From the NCBI RefSeq assembly GCF_009914755.1, contig NC_060936.1: a stretch of DNA of 64,000 bases. One strand, 5' to 3'. A model generated the notes under the pieces. That model made no database searches. It was given only the letters and a program-made list of their open reading frames with translations, and was not told the origin of the DNA. A program made the position numbers and the translations under genes. The DNA is from the human T2T-CHM13v2.0 reference genome, Homo sapiens. Shown piece after piece: positions 24,654 through 42,539 of the stretch; position 1 is the first letter of the stretch, and every line of letters starts with the position of its first letter.

Positions 24654-25539
24654 ATTTGTACCATTTTCACACAAACAACAGGCTGTCAAACAGAGGTTGT
24701 GTTTTGGTTGGCATTTAATCTAATCTGTATACCAATTTGGGGTAAACCATTTTAACAACATTGAGTCTTACTGTCATGAACATCATACATCTGTCCACTT
24801 ATTTAGGTCTTTTTAATTTTTCTCTCAGAAATGTTTTGTTAACAGTGTAGAGAACATGTAACCACTTGTTAAATACACTCCTATTTGTTTTATACTTTTA
24901 TGCTATTGTAAATATTATTGTTTTTAAATTTTCATTGTTCAATTATTCGTTGCTATTACATAGAAATAGAGTTAACTTTTGCACATTGACCTTTTAGTCT
25001 GTGAACTTCCTAAAAGCAACGATTAGTTCTGGCTGTTTGTAGATTCCTTTGCATTTTGTATGTCCACCAACATGTTGTCTTCCAAAGATAAAAATTTATT
25101 CCTTTCCAAACTTTATGTATTTACATGTTATTTCTTTTCCTTACTTTATCTCCCTGGCTAGGACCTCTACTATCACGGAAGTGGTGACAGCAGACATTTT
25201 TGCCTTCTTTCTGATCTTTTAGGAGAAGCTCTTCAATATTTTAACGTTAAGTGTTTTCTTCATTATGGATCACATTTTCTTGCTTCATTAAATGCCTTAT
25301 TTTAAGAATTCAATTCCCAACATTGAGTATAAGATATCAGTGGTGTTTTGTTTTATTTATTTCCCAAACAGTACAAGCTCTTTCCTTTTTTGGCTGTTGG
25401 AAGAAAGGCTGTTTATTCTGACTCTTTCTAGAGTTTGAGTTGAGCTTAGGCTGGTACACAGATTATGTTAGGTTGAGTTTACCTACCCTCAGAGTGGGAG
25501 CTAATATGGCTCTCTGCTTAGCCATAAAGAATTCATGTC

Positions 25540-25718
25540 AGCCTGGGGCAGTGCCATGTGCCTGTAGTCCCAGCTACTTGGAGACTGTGGCAGGGGGATT
25601 GCTTGAGCCCAGTAGTTTGAGGCTGCAGTGCCTTATGATAATCACACCTGTGAATAGGCAGTGCACTCCAGCCTGAACAACATAGCAAGACCATGTTGCT
25701 TAAAAAAGAAAAAAAAAA
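25540..25718 (+). mobile_element. FAM-like fossil Alu monomer (7SL-derived)
   Basis: Monomer containing cacctgtgaataggcagtgcactccagcctg, A-tail. Confidence 0.75.
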
Positions 25719-28039
25719 TTATATCACCCTTATAGTCAGTCCATCAAGCTTTCCTTAAATTCATTACCCTCTGTTAATTCCATGGGAAAGTATAATTTTT
25801 GTTTTGTCTCAGAGATTCTTGTTAACACAAACATAAAGGTCTTTTGTAGTCTTTTATATCCTAACCCATTAACACTTCATTTTATTGTTTTTCTTGCATT
25901 TGTGGGTACCTGTTGTGTGTTTAAATCTTCATACTTGGGAGAGCTCAACTTGGTTCTAGTGGTAGTCTTTGTTTTCTCTTAATTTGTTTTCCTCATTGTC
26001 TATTGTTACCTGTGCTTCTTTCAATTTATTTCCATTTTTCTGATGATTTTGCTTTTGTCTTTTGCATCTTTCCTAAGATCCACTATCTCAGGTTTCACCT
26101 CCTCCTCCTTTCGTCTTGTTATATCTTTCCTGTGTTTTTATACTTGATCCATTTCTTTTTTATAGCCATCCTTTATAGAAATTATTATTTTACAAAAAAA
26201 TTATGTTTATCACATTTTTTATCTTCTTTATGGCCACCTGTGTGTAGTCTGTTGGTAAATTTTGCTGCTCTCTTCCACATGTTTATCTTACAGTATCTAT
26301 GTATTGAGGCCATGCCAGTATCTTTTATTACTAGTAATTCAATGAGTTAAATTTCCCAGAGCAGCTATTTGCAGGAAGATCTTGATTAGGAGGGAGAGGC
26401 CAAGAAAATCTTCCAAGCTTTATAACTCAAAGATTCCCTCTTCTACTTCTACAACTATAGCACACCATTGTTTGTGATGCTTTGTTTAGCCCCAAGTCAG
26501 GTTCAGCAGGGTTTCTGCTGCCAGTTTTGCTTACTTAATTTTGTACACCCTTGACAATAAGCAAATTAACTTTTTCTTTAGAAAAAGCAGTTTTGCTGCT
26601 TTTGAGATCCGCTATTATTGAACAGTCTTGCCACTTTTTTCATTCTCTATTATGCAAATTTTCAGGTCTAATCTGCTCTTGGTAGCTCATAGATGTCGTT
26701 AAATTTGCTTATTATATTGTTTGTAGGGGTTTTTTTAACGTCATTTTTCTCATTACTTTTGTATGACTTCCAGAAGGGGGAAAAAATCCCCACTTACACA
26801 GCTATGTTCATATCAAAAGTCACCTAAAGGTGTTTTGGCAGAAATCTAAATTCTAACTCATGTCTCATAAGACAGTGTTTTATCTAGTCTCTTGGATAAC
26901 ATGAAATACAATTGTAAATGCAGTAGTCAAGGATTGAAAATGCTAAGTTTGCTAATTTTTCTTATCAAAGAACATATACAGAATATTTCCCAGTAGCTCC
27001 TACTAAAAGAAATTCTATTCAACTGCAATTGTTAGAGCTATTCAGCTGATTATCAAAATACTTTAATTCATCATCTAAAAACTGATTGCATAATAAAAAT
27101 AAACATCCTAAAACTCCAGAAATAGCCAGAGTGAACTGTAGAGTAGCCCCCAGCTTTTCTTAGTGCACTAAGCCATGCAAGTATACCCAGTAGAGTTACA
27201 TAAGCTATGAGGGGGTTATAAGTGCAAGGATATATTTCACTGTGAAATTAGAGCAGGCATTGAAGTTGAAGGATGGCTCCTAGTGAGTTTTCTTTTGGGA
27301 ACACTAAGTAATCATCAGTACAAAGGTCACAGAAGTATCTTATGAAGCCAACCAACCACCTATGGCTTTCTGTGGCTGTGGAACTGATCAAGTCCAGTGA
27401 AGACTGAGAGCATGGGGGCATGGACCAAAAAGAGAGAGAAAAACAAAGAAGAAACACACAGGGCAATAAATGTCATTTTTATATGGACATCATATTTTAT
27501 AACATTATTTATTTTTAATATACCTTGAAAATGCAGAATGGTTAAGAATAATGAGGAATTTTGCCTTCAGCTTCTTCCTCTATTTTATCTGGCTCCATAT
27601 AGTGTATTGCTCCCCAACTTTTTCCCCTCACATGAAGAAAATGATAATTGTGTCTCTCTAAAGTAGACTGGAGAGGATTAGGGGTATCAGTGGGGGAAAA
27701 AAATGATTACCTTTCTTTAAATAATTATAAGAAAAACAAAATACAACTACTAGGGAAGATATTAAGTATAGAATTTGTATAAAATTTCAACATAAAGTAT
27801 TTTTGCAATTTTAATGAGACATTCGCGCTTGCTTTTCTGACCATAATATTTTAATAGTGGGTTTTGTGTGTGCAATGGGTATATACACTTCTTGGCTAAA
27901 CTTAGGATTAAAAGAATAACAGGCAAAGTGTTTGTGACAGTGCCTACCAAATAGTAAATGCTGTTTAACTGCATATAAAATTTTTTGGAAAATTTTAGTC
28001 TTCTTTTAGAGTCATCCAAAGTTTACAGCTATTGAAAAG

Positions 28040-28705
28040 TCCTCCAGGTTCATCCATGTTATAGCAAATGACCGAATTTCCTTCTTTTTAAAGGCTTAAT
28101 AGTATTCCATTGTGTATATGCACCACATTTTCTGTATCTATTCATCTGCTGAATGGTTGGTTTGTATTGTGGCTACTGTGAATGCTGCTGCAATAAACGT
28201 GGGAGTGCAAAGATCTCTTCAACATACTTACTTCATTTCCTTCGAATATATGCCCAGTAGTAAGATTGTTGAATCATATGGTAGTTCTATTTTTAATTTT
28301 TTGAGTAGTTTCTATACTATTTTCTATAATGTCTGTACTAATTTACATTCCCACCAACAATGTACAAGGATTTCCTTTTCTCCACATCCTTGCCAAGATT
28401 TGTTCTTTCATCTTTTTTAATAATAGCCATTCTAAGAGATGTGAGGTGATAGTCACTGTGGTTTTGATTTGCATTTCCCTAATGATTAGTGATGTTGAGC
28501 ATTTTTTCATATACCTATTGGTTATTTATATGTCTTTCTTTGAGAAATGTCTATTCAGGTCCTTTGTCCATATTTTAATCAAGTTTTTTTCTTGCTATTA
28601 ATTACTTTTGGATATTAACCCCTTATGATATGTATGGTTTGCAAATGTTTTCTCCCATTCCGTAGGTTGTGTCTTCATTCTATAGATGGTTTCCTTTGTT
28701 GTCAT
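28040..28705 (-). mobile_element. L1MA fragment
   Basis: ccaggttcatccatgttatagcaaatgac... antisense ORF2 C-terminal/3'UTR sequence. Confidence 0.8.
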
Positions 28706-28859
28706 GGTAATCACCATGGGTTTTCTCATAGACTACTCCGCTATTACGTTTAAAATGCAAGTTCACCAGCCGGGCACGGTAGCTCACCCCTGTAATCCCA
28801 GCACTTTGGGAGGCTGAGGGTAGACTACTTCCCTATTACATTTAAAATGCAAGTTCACC

Positions 28860-29356
<497 letters not shown>

Positions 29357-30565
29357 TTATAATATTTATTCTTGCATTCTAAAAAATTTGATACATAACA
29401 ATATAAAAGTCCTTAAAATTTATTGAAAGTGTAAGTAATATTTTTAGAACATATACTCATGTAACCAAATTCAGGCCAAAAGATAGTCTGAGAATGGAAA
29501 TTTACATTCCAAACACACACTGAAATAGAGATGCAAAAATCCTAAACAAAATATTAACAAATAATATGATTGATCTCAGAAACAGTATTGAGTAAAACAA
29601 GGAAGACACAAACACAGATATGTACAATTCCATTCACATAAAATTCAAAATCAGACAAAACTGTGTATTTTTTAGGAATGAATACATGGGTGGTAAAGCT
29701 ATGAAGAAAAGTAAGAAAAGTATTATAAAAGTTGAAATAAAGTTAACCTTGGAGTTGAGGACTTGTGATTAAAGAGGTGTTCATGAAGGATTTCTTGGTT
29801 GCAAAGCAGTCTTCTATCTTTTAGGTGTGGTCTCATAAAGTAAGAAACAGGTGGGGGGACTCTTCTTTATTTTTTCTAATCTCAGGAAAGTTTGTGTAGA
29901 CTTGAATTATTATTTTTTTGAATGTCTAGTAGAACCAACCATTGAACACATCTGGCCCTGACCTTCCCTATATGGAAAAATTTTAAACTACTGGTTCATT
30001 TAATGATTACAGGATTATCATTATAGTATTCACATAACATAATACTGTCAAATTATATTTTTAAATGAATTTTCCATTTTATCTAAACTTTCAATAATAT
30101 TGGCAGAAAATTGTTCATAATATTCTATTATCTTTTTAATTTTTACAGCACCTATAGTGATTTCCTTTCCAATTATGATATTGGTTAGTTGTAACTGCAT
30201 TATTTCCATCAGTCTCACCACAGGTATGTCAGCTCTACTAGTATTTTCAACAAACCAACTTTTGGATTTGTAGATCGTCTCTTCTATTCTGGTTTTATTT
30301 CATTCATTTCTGTTTTAAGTTATCCTTTCCTTCTTTCTTTTGATGTTCTACTTGATGTCATTTTCCTAACTTCTTTAGATGGGTGCATAGCTACATAATG
30401 TACAGACTTCCTTCTTTTCTACCATAAGCATTTATGAATATAATCTCCCTCTACATGCTGCTTTAAGTGCATCCCACAAGTTTTGATGTGTAGTATGGTT
30501 TAATATCATTGACTTAAAAATATTTTCTAATTTCATTTTGTCTTACTTGACATATAGATTACTTA

Positions 30566-30892
<327 letters not shown>

Positions 30893-32147
30893 TTATCTTT
30901 TTGTTGTTCATTTCTAGCCTAATTGTGTTGTGGCAAAAGAATATACTCATATGGTTTCAGTCATTTGAAATTTTATTGCATATGCTTATAGTCCAGTGCA
31001 TAGTCAATTTCTATAAATGTCCCATGGATGCTTTAAAAGAATAGAGGTTCTGTGGCTGCTGAGTATATTGGTCATTCAGTATACTGTTAAAGCTGCCTTT
31101 AAGGTTTTTCTTTTTATTATTGATGTTTTGCATATTCACTATGATGTATCTCAATGTAGTTTTTTAATTTACACTGCTTGGGATTCACTGAACTTCTTAA
31201 ATCTGTACTTTACTGTCTTATTAGTTCCAGATAATTCTCCATGTTTTCTCTTTCTCTAGTTTCCTAACTGCATTCTATATGTGTCCTCATCTATAAAATG
31301 AAAATAATAACAGTACTTATCCCACATGTAAGTACTTGTTGATAAAATATAAAATGCTTAGTACACAGTACTCAATGATTGATAGCTATTGTCATTACAA
31401 CACTTAAAGTGAATTTTCCCCAACTTTCCTTAATGTCATAAAGTTTTAGAAATATGCAGATAAATTCAGAGATAAGCAGATATTAAATAATCACTAGCTA
31501 GGCAAAGTGGAAAACTGAAGCACTTTCCATTAGAAATCAGTAGAGCAAGTGGTTATCATCATGCCCTTAAAACCAAAAAGGGCCAGGTTAGACTCTCTTT
31601 ACAATCTAGAGGAAGCTACTTAACTTCTTCAAGCCCTGGAATCCTCATTTGTTAAATGAGACTAGTTATCATACCTGACAGCTTGTTCTAAATTTTAAAT
31701 CAAATTCTACAATGCATTTAATATTTCAATAAAAGGCAAAGATGAAAGTATTACAAAAGAAAAAGCATTATAAAGATACCCAATTTTAATACTCTAAACT
31801 TTCTATGAGGGGAAATAACTATTTCAGAACTTTCTTGAGATGTGTATTCAGCAAATAAATTTGCTAAGGTATATTTGCAATATTCACTCAGCATTTTTAA
31901 CCCTGTTATATGTCAGGCACTGATAGGTGCCAGAGGTATAAAGATCAATGCTCTTGAATAATTCACAGTAGATGATCCAGATATTTAATCAAATAAGTAC
32001 AATACAATGTGAGCCATGAGATGGTAGAGAACTATACAAAAGGCTATGAGAACACAGATTTCACATAAAAGACATTTAATATAAGCAGAGATGTTCCAGC
32101 CAATGGGAATGGGAGGTTGAGGTGTATAACATGGGAACATTTGCTAT

Positions 32148-32503
32148 TAGGCTGAGCATCTCTAATCTGAAAATTCAAAATCCAAAATCCTCCAAAATCC
32201 AAAACTTTTTGAGTACTGACATGATGCCACAAATGGAAAATTCCACACCTGACTTCATGTGATAGGTCACAGTCAAAATGTAGGTGCACAACATATAGTC
32301 TATTCAGTGTTCCCAAGGGAAAAATAAATTACCTTCAGGTTATGTGTATAAGGTATATATGAAACATAAATGAATTTTGTTTAGACTTGGGTCCCAACTC
32401 TAAGAGTATCTCATTATACATGTACAAATATTCCAAAATCCAAACATATCTGAAATCTGAAACTTTTAGTCCCAAACATTTTAGATAAGGGATATTCAAC
32501 CTG
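32148..32503. mobile_element. Tigger4/Zombi-like (TcMar) MITE
   Basis: Terminal inverted repeats (t)aggctgagcatctctaatct / agataagggatattcaacctg followed by TA; internal aaatccaaaa repeats. Confidence 0.85.
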
Positions 32504-35500
32504 TATTTGTGAAACAGCTGTAACAAAGGGTATGTACTATGGAGTAGTGACAGACACCACTTGAAGATTTGGGGCCATACTTGCAGGTGTAAACGTGTTA
32601 TGTTGAGGGGTTTGGACTGTTACTGCATAGATACTGGAAAGCTTCTGAAATGTTCTATGGCCCCAAAACAATGACATTTCTACTTTTTGGAGAACAATTG
32701 ACATAGTAAACAAGATGGACTGACTAGAGTGAAAAACGAAGGCCACCCAGTTAGAACATTATTATAATCATCAAAATAAAGAAGACATAAAAAATAGTCA
32801 TCAAATGTTTTCAATGCATTGGGATAATGCTCTTCCAACTTAGAATAACTGCTTCCCAGATTTGCTATTGCCTCCTAAATGTGAAAATTATATTATTATT
32901 TACATAGAATAAAAATGTATTCGATTCCTTTGCGATATTTTATAGAAAAATAAATTAGTTTCCTTTTGAAAATCATATGCAAAAAATTCATTTTATTATA
33001 ACCTATCATTCATTTTATTATAATGGAATTATAAAGGTTATAGAAAAAATATCCATCTTCCCTTTTTAGAAAAGAACACTAGTCCTTTATGTTCCCCTGC
33101 CACAGGGGAGGCATTGGAAACAATGATCAGCTCAGATTAAAACCCTATTGTACTGAAAAACTCAGAATCCTGACTTAACTAGTCTAAGGAAATGCCAGTA
33201 AGGCTTATTAGAAAAGGGAGGCTTGGTATAAAAGCATAAAGAATTGAGTTCAACCCCCTCCACTCTTCACCCTATCCTGCTGCCCAAACACCCTTAGTTA
33301 AGGAGTGACCAGCTCTTTGATCTCTTCTCTTTTAAAATAACCAAATAGCTCTTGTTTTGACTCCATGGCTAAACTCCATCCTTGCAACAGGAGTTTTATT
33401 TCTACATTGGTAGTTGAGTTTCTAACAAAAAAGACAATTTAATATATCTTATATTTTGTAATATGTTCTAAAGACTAAATTTAAATAATTTCATGGCTAT
33501 TCTGACTTCTTTCCATAGTAAAATTTTTCTTTTGTAAGAGATGGCCTATGTACACAGGCAGAGTAAATTAACTCCTGCCTCAAAGTTGCTGAGAAAATGA
33601 ATTGCTTAAGAAGATTAGAGTCATTTTCTTTACTTAGAGGTATTCTTGACAACCCACACTGAAATTACACAAGATTAACTCCATTAACACCATTTCCCAT
33701 TCTTTAAACTAGTAGCTTTTTAGAAAACAGCATTTAGACTGAATAGTTCAAAGCATATTTTAAGAGGAGATCTCAAGATGCTTAGAAATGCTAAATAAGT
33801 ATCATTTAAGGATTTAGAATGGAGTGCTGAGAGGTCAAGTAACATATTATTGGTCATACAGTGAGCTGTAAGTGAAATGAAAAGATGCTGCTTGTTTTTC
33901 TCTTTACCATTTAGTCTGCATATTCCACTTGCAAGTGGCATTTCAAATCAAATGAAAACAAGGGATATTAACACTGTTAATCCCTCAAAGAAAGGGATAT
34001 TATTTATTTTTGTCTTTCCCATAGCATTTTGTAGAGTACCTTTCACTTATTCAAATATTTGTTGGTTATTATGCCATATATTTGACATTATTTTGTGGCC
34101 TATTAAATATACATAAATCAGAGGGCTTAGAAAAACAGATTAAAACAGTACTATAAGAGAATCTTTCTGAAACTAGAAAGCAAAATCTATTAACACAGGC
34201 CCTAAACTTTAAACTAGTTATCCTAGCTGCCATTGGTGCCATTAAAATCTCTCTCTCTCAAAATGTTGTCATGAGACACCAAAACCATTCTGAACAAATG
34301 CAATCATAACCCATTAATTCCCTTAAATTTCCCTCTTTGATCTTTATGCAATCTTCAGTGTTTTTAACCGCAAAATAATACACAAATATACTCATGTTTG
34401 AAATTCAAACATCAAAAGTAAATGGAGGAAAAAAGTCCCATTTTCCTACCTCCCCATATCTTCCTCCAACCTCTTTTCCTACCCTTACATTAATGTAAAA
34501 GACTTTGCATTAAATTATATAGAGTTTCATTTTCTTTTTGTTCTCTTAAAGATTACTCCCAGGTAGAAAACGTTAAGGAACATTGACCTAGACAGCTCTT
34601 AAAGATCCTAATTTGAATGAACTACTGAATCCCCAGATTTAGAAATAGTTGTTTCTACTACTACAAAAAAAAAAACCTCTAAAAATATGAATTGTAATTA
34701 CTTTATGCTAAAACTAAGTCAGATCAGACCTCAATGGAAAGTCATTAACCATTTTATTATAAAAATTTTATCAGGGAGCATAGTAAAGTAATACTAACTG
34801 TAATAATACTAGCTGAAATTTACTGAGAATTTGCTAGGCACCAGACATTGTTCTTAGTGTTTCATAAGACTTGCTAAAATCAACTATCAGTAAAATTTTA
34901 AGATATAGCATGTGGTCATCAATGCCTCTGCTCATAATGTCTCAAATTTGTATATATTTCATAATTTTGTTTGATGCAATACTATCCTGGACTGAAAAAT
35001 GATAACTAACAGTACTTCAAGTCCAAGAATTCTACAACAGAATCAGTGGGTTACTAAAGTCGCATATTAAAGCAGTGGTAGAGCCCATCTCTGATTTCAG
35101 GGATTCTCAACTGTACCAGTATATTTCCCATACTCTAATCCTTCATGTATTGGTATCATAATTACTGCTATGTCTATACTATTATTTATTTAATACCTTT
35201 AAATTGATTCTACCTCTTTAAAATTAAATTTAGTTTTAAAGGAAACATAATACCATCACATAAACAGGAAGCCAGAATTGATTACCATAAATAAAAGGGA
35301 AGATAAATTCAATAAAACAATGCAATCCTATTACATTCTAGCTACATATTATATTGTTGACTGCTGATGTTTCTGAGCCTGAGGCCTGCATAGTTGGCTA
35401 AAAAGGTAAATCAGCCAATGTTGATATATGTAAATAGTATCAATCAGCTTTCTCCTTCCTTAAACAGAATGATTGATGTGAGGACTGAAAGTATATTGAA

Positions 35501-35781
35501 AAAGAACAAGTTTCTCACTATGCTTTTTCAATGATATTTGTGCCAGGTACCATCTAAAACACCTCCTATGATCTATAATGATTTTACATATTATTATGAT
35601 ACAAATCCCAAAATACTTTGGGAAAACTCCAAAATGATTTGGGGATTTCCTGAAGGGATCCCCTTTACTTTATATTTTGGTCTCAGAATCAAAAGGTATC
35701 TTGTCTCTCCCAAGACATGCCCCAATATGCCTATTAAATCAATGGCAAGTTATATCAAGTTGGTAGAAATGGAAGTTATAT

Positions 35782-36053
<272 letters not shown>

Positions 36054-36470
36054 TAAATGGAAGTTAATATCCAAAAACTTGTTCTCAGAAGGCAAATGTT
36101 AGGTAGATGAAAACAGTACTGATTTAAGAAGCATAATCAAGCTCAACCACACGCTATTTTGTTTGACCTTGATTAGGTTAGTAAACTACTCAGGTATGTT
36201 TCCAATCTGCAAATAAGGGAAGATAATACCTCCACACAGGGTGGGAATATGGATTAAAGTGTGAGATACTGACATAATAGATACTCAGAAAATGTTAGTT
36301 AAATCAAAAGTTACATGACTTTCAGTTTTTTACAGCTCCCAAAAAAAAAATCAAGGTGTTTTAATTTTAATATTAGTAAAAGACCTCAATTTGTTTCACC
36401 TAACCGACTCCCAGGCACTACTGCTAGCTCAGCGTCAAACAACCTTGGCAATTAAAACTAATTCAAATAT

Positions 36471-38433
<1,963 letters not shown>

Positions 38434-38991
38434 CTAATCCAAAGATCATGCTTATGAAGGTCTGAAATGCCCCAGCAAAACTGCAAAAACCTAAGTGACT
38501 AGTCATCAGTTGGTCCAAAGCATACTATTAATTATAAAAGTCCTTAAACAAAAAAAGTTTAACATGGCATCTTATTGGCATATAAAATAATATTCCACAT
38601 GAATGATATCTCAATACATTTTATGGTGATGAAATAAACTTAGTGTTCCTTTATACACTGCTGAAGTATTTACTAAATAAATCAATAAATGTCTAAAATT
38701 ATAGTGCCATCTGCAGGCAAAAAAAGTAAAATCAATGATATATTTTCATGCTTTCGTATTTTCTGATTGCTATTCAAAACTTTTAAAAACTAGGATTTAA
38801 TAATGTATATAACTCATTTTATGATTACATTTATAGGATACGATTTATCATATAAAATAAAACATTTTTTCTAAATTTTTTTTACTACCTAATAGAGGAT
38901 CACTTCATTCTCAATATAACATTAAAATGATGGCAGTAATCCAAAGAAAATCAATGGTACTACAATATCCAATTTTGTGTATTGAGAATTA

Positions 38992-38997
38992 TTTATT
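38992..38997 (-). terminator. Candidate proximal PUS7L poly(A) signal AATAAA
   Basis: tttatt on + strand, ~1.75 kb downstream of the stop; other minus-strand hexamers exist (e.g. 29365-29370, 29419-29424), so usage is not established from sequence. Confidence 0.4.
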
Positions 38998-39119
38998 GCC
39001 AAAACATATAACAAAAAAAACTTTTTAGTATTAAAAAAAATCCAAATACCCCATCATCTTAACAGGAAGGGATTTTCATTTATTTGCTTTTCTCTTCCAA
39101 ACTTGCATCTGCAGACACT

Positions 39120-39360
39120 TACTTAACAATAACTAAGTGCCAGGCACTTTTTAAAGTTGCTTTACATATATTAACTTAGAAAATTCTCACAGTAATCCTA
39201 TGAGGTAGGCAATGTTAACATGCCCATTTTACAGATGTTGAAACTGAAGCCCATGAGTTTAAATAACTTTCCCAAGGCTGCAGTGCTATACGTGGCAGTG
39301 CCAGGGTTCAAACTGGGTTAGTTTGTCTCCAATATCTGTGCTTTTAATCACTATGCTAAC
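39120..39360 (-). mobile_element. MIR
   Basis: aatcctatgaggtagg...cccattttacagatgttgaaactgaagccc core. Confidence 0.75.
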
Positions 39361-40741
39361 ATGTCTCTTATTTGTGAAAGATGAATTCAGAGTATTATTG
39401 CAGTTGTAACATATGTGTTCTACTTTTAGGGGGCAACATTTTCTCATGAAACTAAATTGTTCATTGCTTTTTTAAATAACTACATATTTTACCATCAAGT
39501 TGATACACATCATTTTACTTACTTTAGTTACGTAATGCTGGACTTTGAAAACTGTTTTTAGTGTCTGTATATGAAAATATTGCAATAAGCAAATTTTGCA
39601 TTGCATATAGCTTCTCTTCCTTCTTTTGGATTTTATTTCCTAATGCTAACATTTCCCAAAATGGTTAAACTGGCTTAAGTATATATATCACATTACTGAT
39701 ATATAATGCTCCATACTGCTTTTTAAATTTCATCATTATATCTTACCAACAATGAAAGAAATGCTCAGATCTTCCTAAATCAATACATGTCTACATGCCA
39801 GTCATTCCTCCCCAACACACCCATATTTAACTGATATAAAATGGTGAAGGATGATTTATAATGTGGGATAGTTAAACCAACAAAAATTAAAATTTTCATA
39901 TGGGCACAATGTTTTGTTCCTCCAGCAACAGAAAATGTGGAGATAATCCTATTATTTGTCATTTATGAAGTTGTAATTGTCTTGATTCTATCAGTAACCA
40001 CACACAAAAAAATCAACAACATACTCAAAATCACTAGTAAGTGTCAGAGCTAGAATCTAAGAATGAATCTGTCTGACTCTAACACCTGTTTTAGATAATA
40101 TGAAAAAATTACAAATGGTCAAGAGGGTCAGCGTATGCCAAGATATAAAAATTGGATGAGAAATTGTATTTCAATCTTCATCAAAGATTACTTATCTCAC
40201 AAAGAGGTAATAACTACTCTGGGGTATCTATCACAAACAGAGGTATGGCATTTCCCTTGTATATTGTTCTGATCAATAATTTCAAAAACAGGAAAGGGGG
40301 ACAATAATAATTAGCAAAATGCTTCATCTATCTTTCTCTCCAACATTTGCTTCACTGTGACCTAATTTTACTAGTGTTCTAAGCAAGGAGCTGGAGGATA
40401 TGAATATTCACAACTTTTTTTCTTAAATGTTATCTTGCAGTATTATATATATTCCTAATGGTTTTAAAAGATTGTAACTTTATGACACAGAATAAAGGTC
40501 ACTGAAACATATAATAGAAAAAAAGCACAGGCTTTGGGGTCACATGGACCTTAAATTTGGACCCTGACACTTACATATCCTCTATAAAATTACAGTATCA
40601 AATCCTAACTTCTCAGGATGCTGTGAAAATTAAAAGAGATAACAATTATGAAGTTCCTAACACATGGAAGGTGCTTAAGACATTTTAGCCCCCTTTCCTT
40701 CAAAGAGTGACATATATATGGTTATACCAAGGGTATCAGTT

Positions 40742-41068
40742 TTAAACGTCATGCTTCATTATTTCCTTCAGACAAACGGTAGCATAGCATGAAGCATCAA
40801 GATCAAAAGAGATCAAAAGAGACAAAGCTGTTTCATCAATGTGGGAACCTTTCGTTTTGACATCAATGTCATGATCTTCCATTAGTTGGTATGAGAGATT
40901 ACAGGGATGTTTCAAAATCTGTCTATAGCAACCTGGTATATTCAGTTTCAGAGTAGGTACTTTAAACCTACATGTCTGTAGTCCATCTCTGCTAAGTATG
41001 TCATGGTACCACTGCCCTACTTTGTTCTTCGGGTACTGAATATTGTATCCAAGTACTGGAAGAACCAC
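40742..41068 (-). CDS. PUS7L: PUS7L terminal coding exon (327 nt to TAA)
   Basis: ctttcacag|GTG acceptor; VVLPVLGYNIQYP...PGCYRQIL...FDLDASCYATVCLKEIMKHDV* (TruD C-terminal motif FxLxxxxYATxxLxE). Confidence 0.96.
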   Translation of the reverse strand: MVLPVLGYNIQYPKNKVGQWYHDILSRDGLQTCRFKVPTLKLNIPGCYRQILKHPCNLSYQLMEDHDIDVKTKGSHIDETALSLLISFDLDASCYATVCLKEIMKHDV

Positions 41069-41654
41069 CTGTGAAAGAAAAGAGGGAAAAAATATGAAAA
41101 TAGCCTTCAAAAAGATACATGATCATATTTTTAATGTACTTTTATGACTGCGACCTGGATTTGTAAAAATAGTCTCAGAATATAAACACCACAATCAGCC
41201 TAAAACATGCTTTAAATAATATGCTATGATATTTTTATGCTGCCAAAGAAAATAGCTAACTAAAATCAAGGACTCACAATAACTAAGGTAACCAACTCAA
41301 ATCAGATATTATTAAACAATCCACTATTTAAGAAGTTTAGGTACACTTAATTAGCTGATAAAGACTTAATCTGTATAAAATAAAGCATGTACTTTCTATA
41401 ACACAAAGAGTAACCTCTACTGCTCAGTCACATTACCGGTATTTTGGTGGACAATTTTAAATTTTCTTATTTCTTCCAGAACAAGAAAACAAACACATAG
41501 CAACACATTCAATGTTTATTTTCTTAGCTGCTTGTGAGTAAACACTGCATTTTGTGGGTTGTTCTTCCTTTGCTGGTGTCTTCTAGACAGTTTTCTTGAA
41601 CAGCACCAAAAGGTAGTCAAGAAAAGGAAGAAGGTAAAAAATTCAAATATACAC

Positions 41655-41965
41655 AATATGAATGAATCTGAAATTCACTATGCTAAGTGAAAGATGCCAG
41701 ACACAAAAGGCCATATACTGTAGTATTCCATTTATATGACATTATTTCAAAGGCAAAACCATAGTGACAGAAAACCGATCAGGGGTTGCCAGGGGTGAGG
41801 GATGGGAATGGGCGCAGGAAAATTTGGAGAGGGGAGGAAACTGTTCTTTATGATTGATATTTGTGGTGGCCACACAGTCCTACATTTATCAAAAATATGT
41901 TTATCAAAGTCTATACAATTGTAAACTAAGTGAATTTAATTGTATATAAATTATACCTTAATTTA
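41655..41965 (+). mobile_element. Old L1ME 3' fragment
   Basis: atgctaagtgaaagatgccagacacaaaaggccatatactgtagtattccatttatatgac. Confidence 0.7.
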
Positions 41966-42070
41966 AAAGTTGTTTAATAAAAAAGAGGAGGGGAACTAGT
42001 TAACATTTTGCTTTTTGGGGACAATGTCTACACTTAGATCTAAGTGATAGTAATTTTTAAGCAAATTTAC

Positions 42071-42124
42071 CTGATGTATTGCATACATATTAGCTGATCC
42101 CTCCTCTTCAGTTACCAGGTGAAT
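42071..42124 (-). CDS. PUS7L: PUS7L coding exon (54 nt)
   Basis: ctag|ATT acceptor, CAG|gtaaat donor; IHLVTEEEGSANMYAIHQ; phase 0-0. Confidence 0.9.
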
Positions 42125-42539
42125 CTAGTTTTAAAAAACATGAAAATATGAATGATTCCCAAATGTTCCAAATTTCCACCACTTTCAATTTTCCCTAACT
42201 CTATTATATATAAATCAGTTCCTATGCTGAATATACATAAACCCAAACAAGATCTTATCATAATTTGTTTCTGGAGGAGTAGACTACATAAAAATTAGAA
42301 TGATTCTTCCTGCTTTAACCACTAATCACTGAATTTGGATAACATGGAGAAAGGTGGGCTGCTGAAAACTCTGAGGCAATACTTTCACCTCAATCACCAG
42401 CAATCTTTTTCTAAATCACAAAGTTTTTCTTTATTAGGCTGAATTGAAAATCTGCTTCTATAATATCAACCCACTACCCACCCCCACTAATCTCTGTCCC
42501 CCGAAAATATAATAATCTATACAGAACTGATTTTTCTCT

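Noticed and set aside
25540-25718. 7SL RNA gene
   Set aside because: Lacks the central S domain, is diverged and A-tailed; a FAM-like monomer
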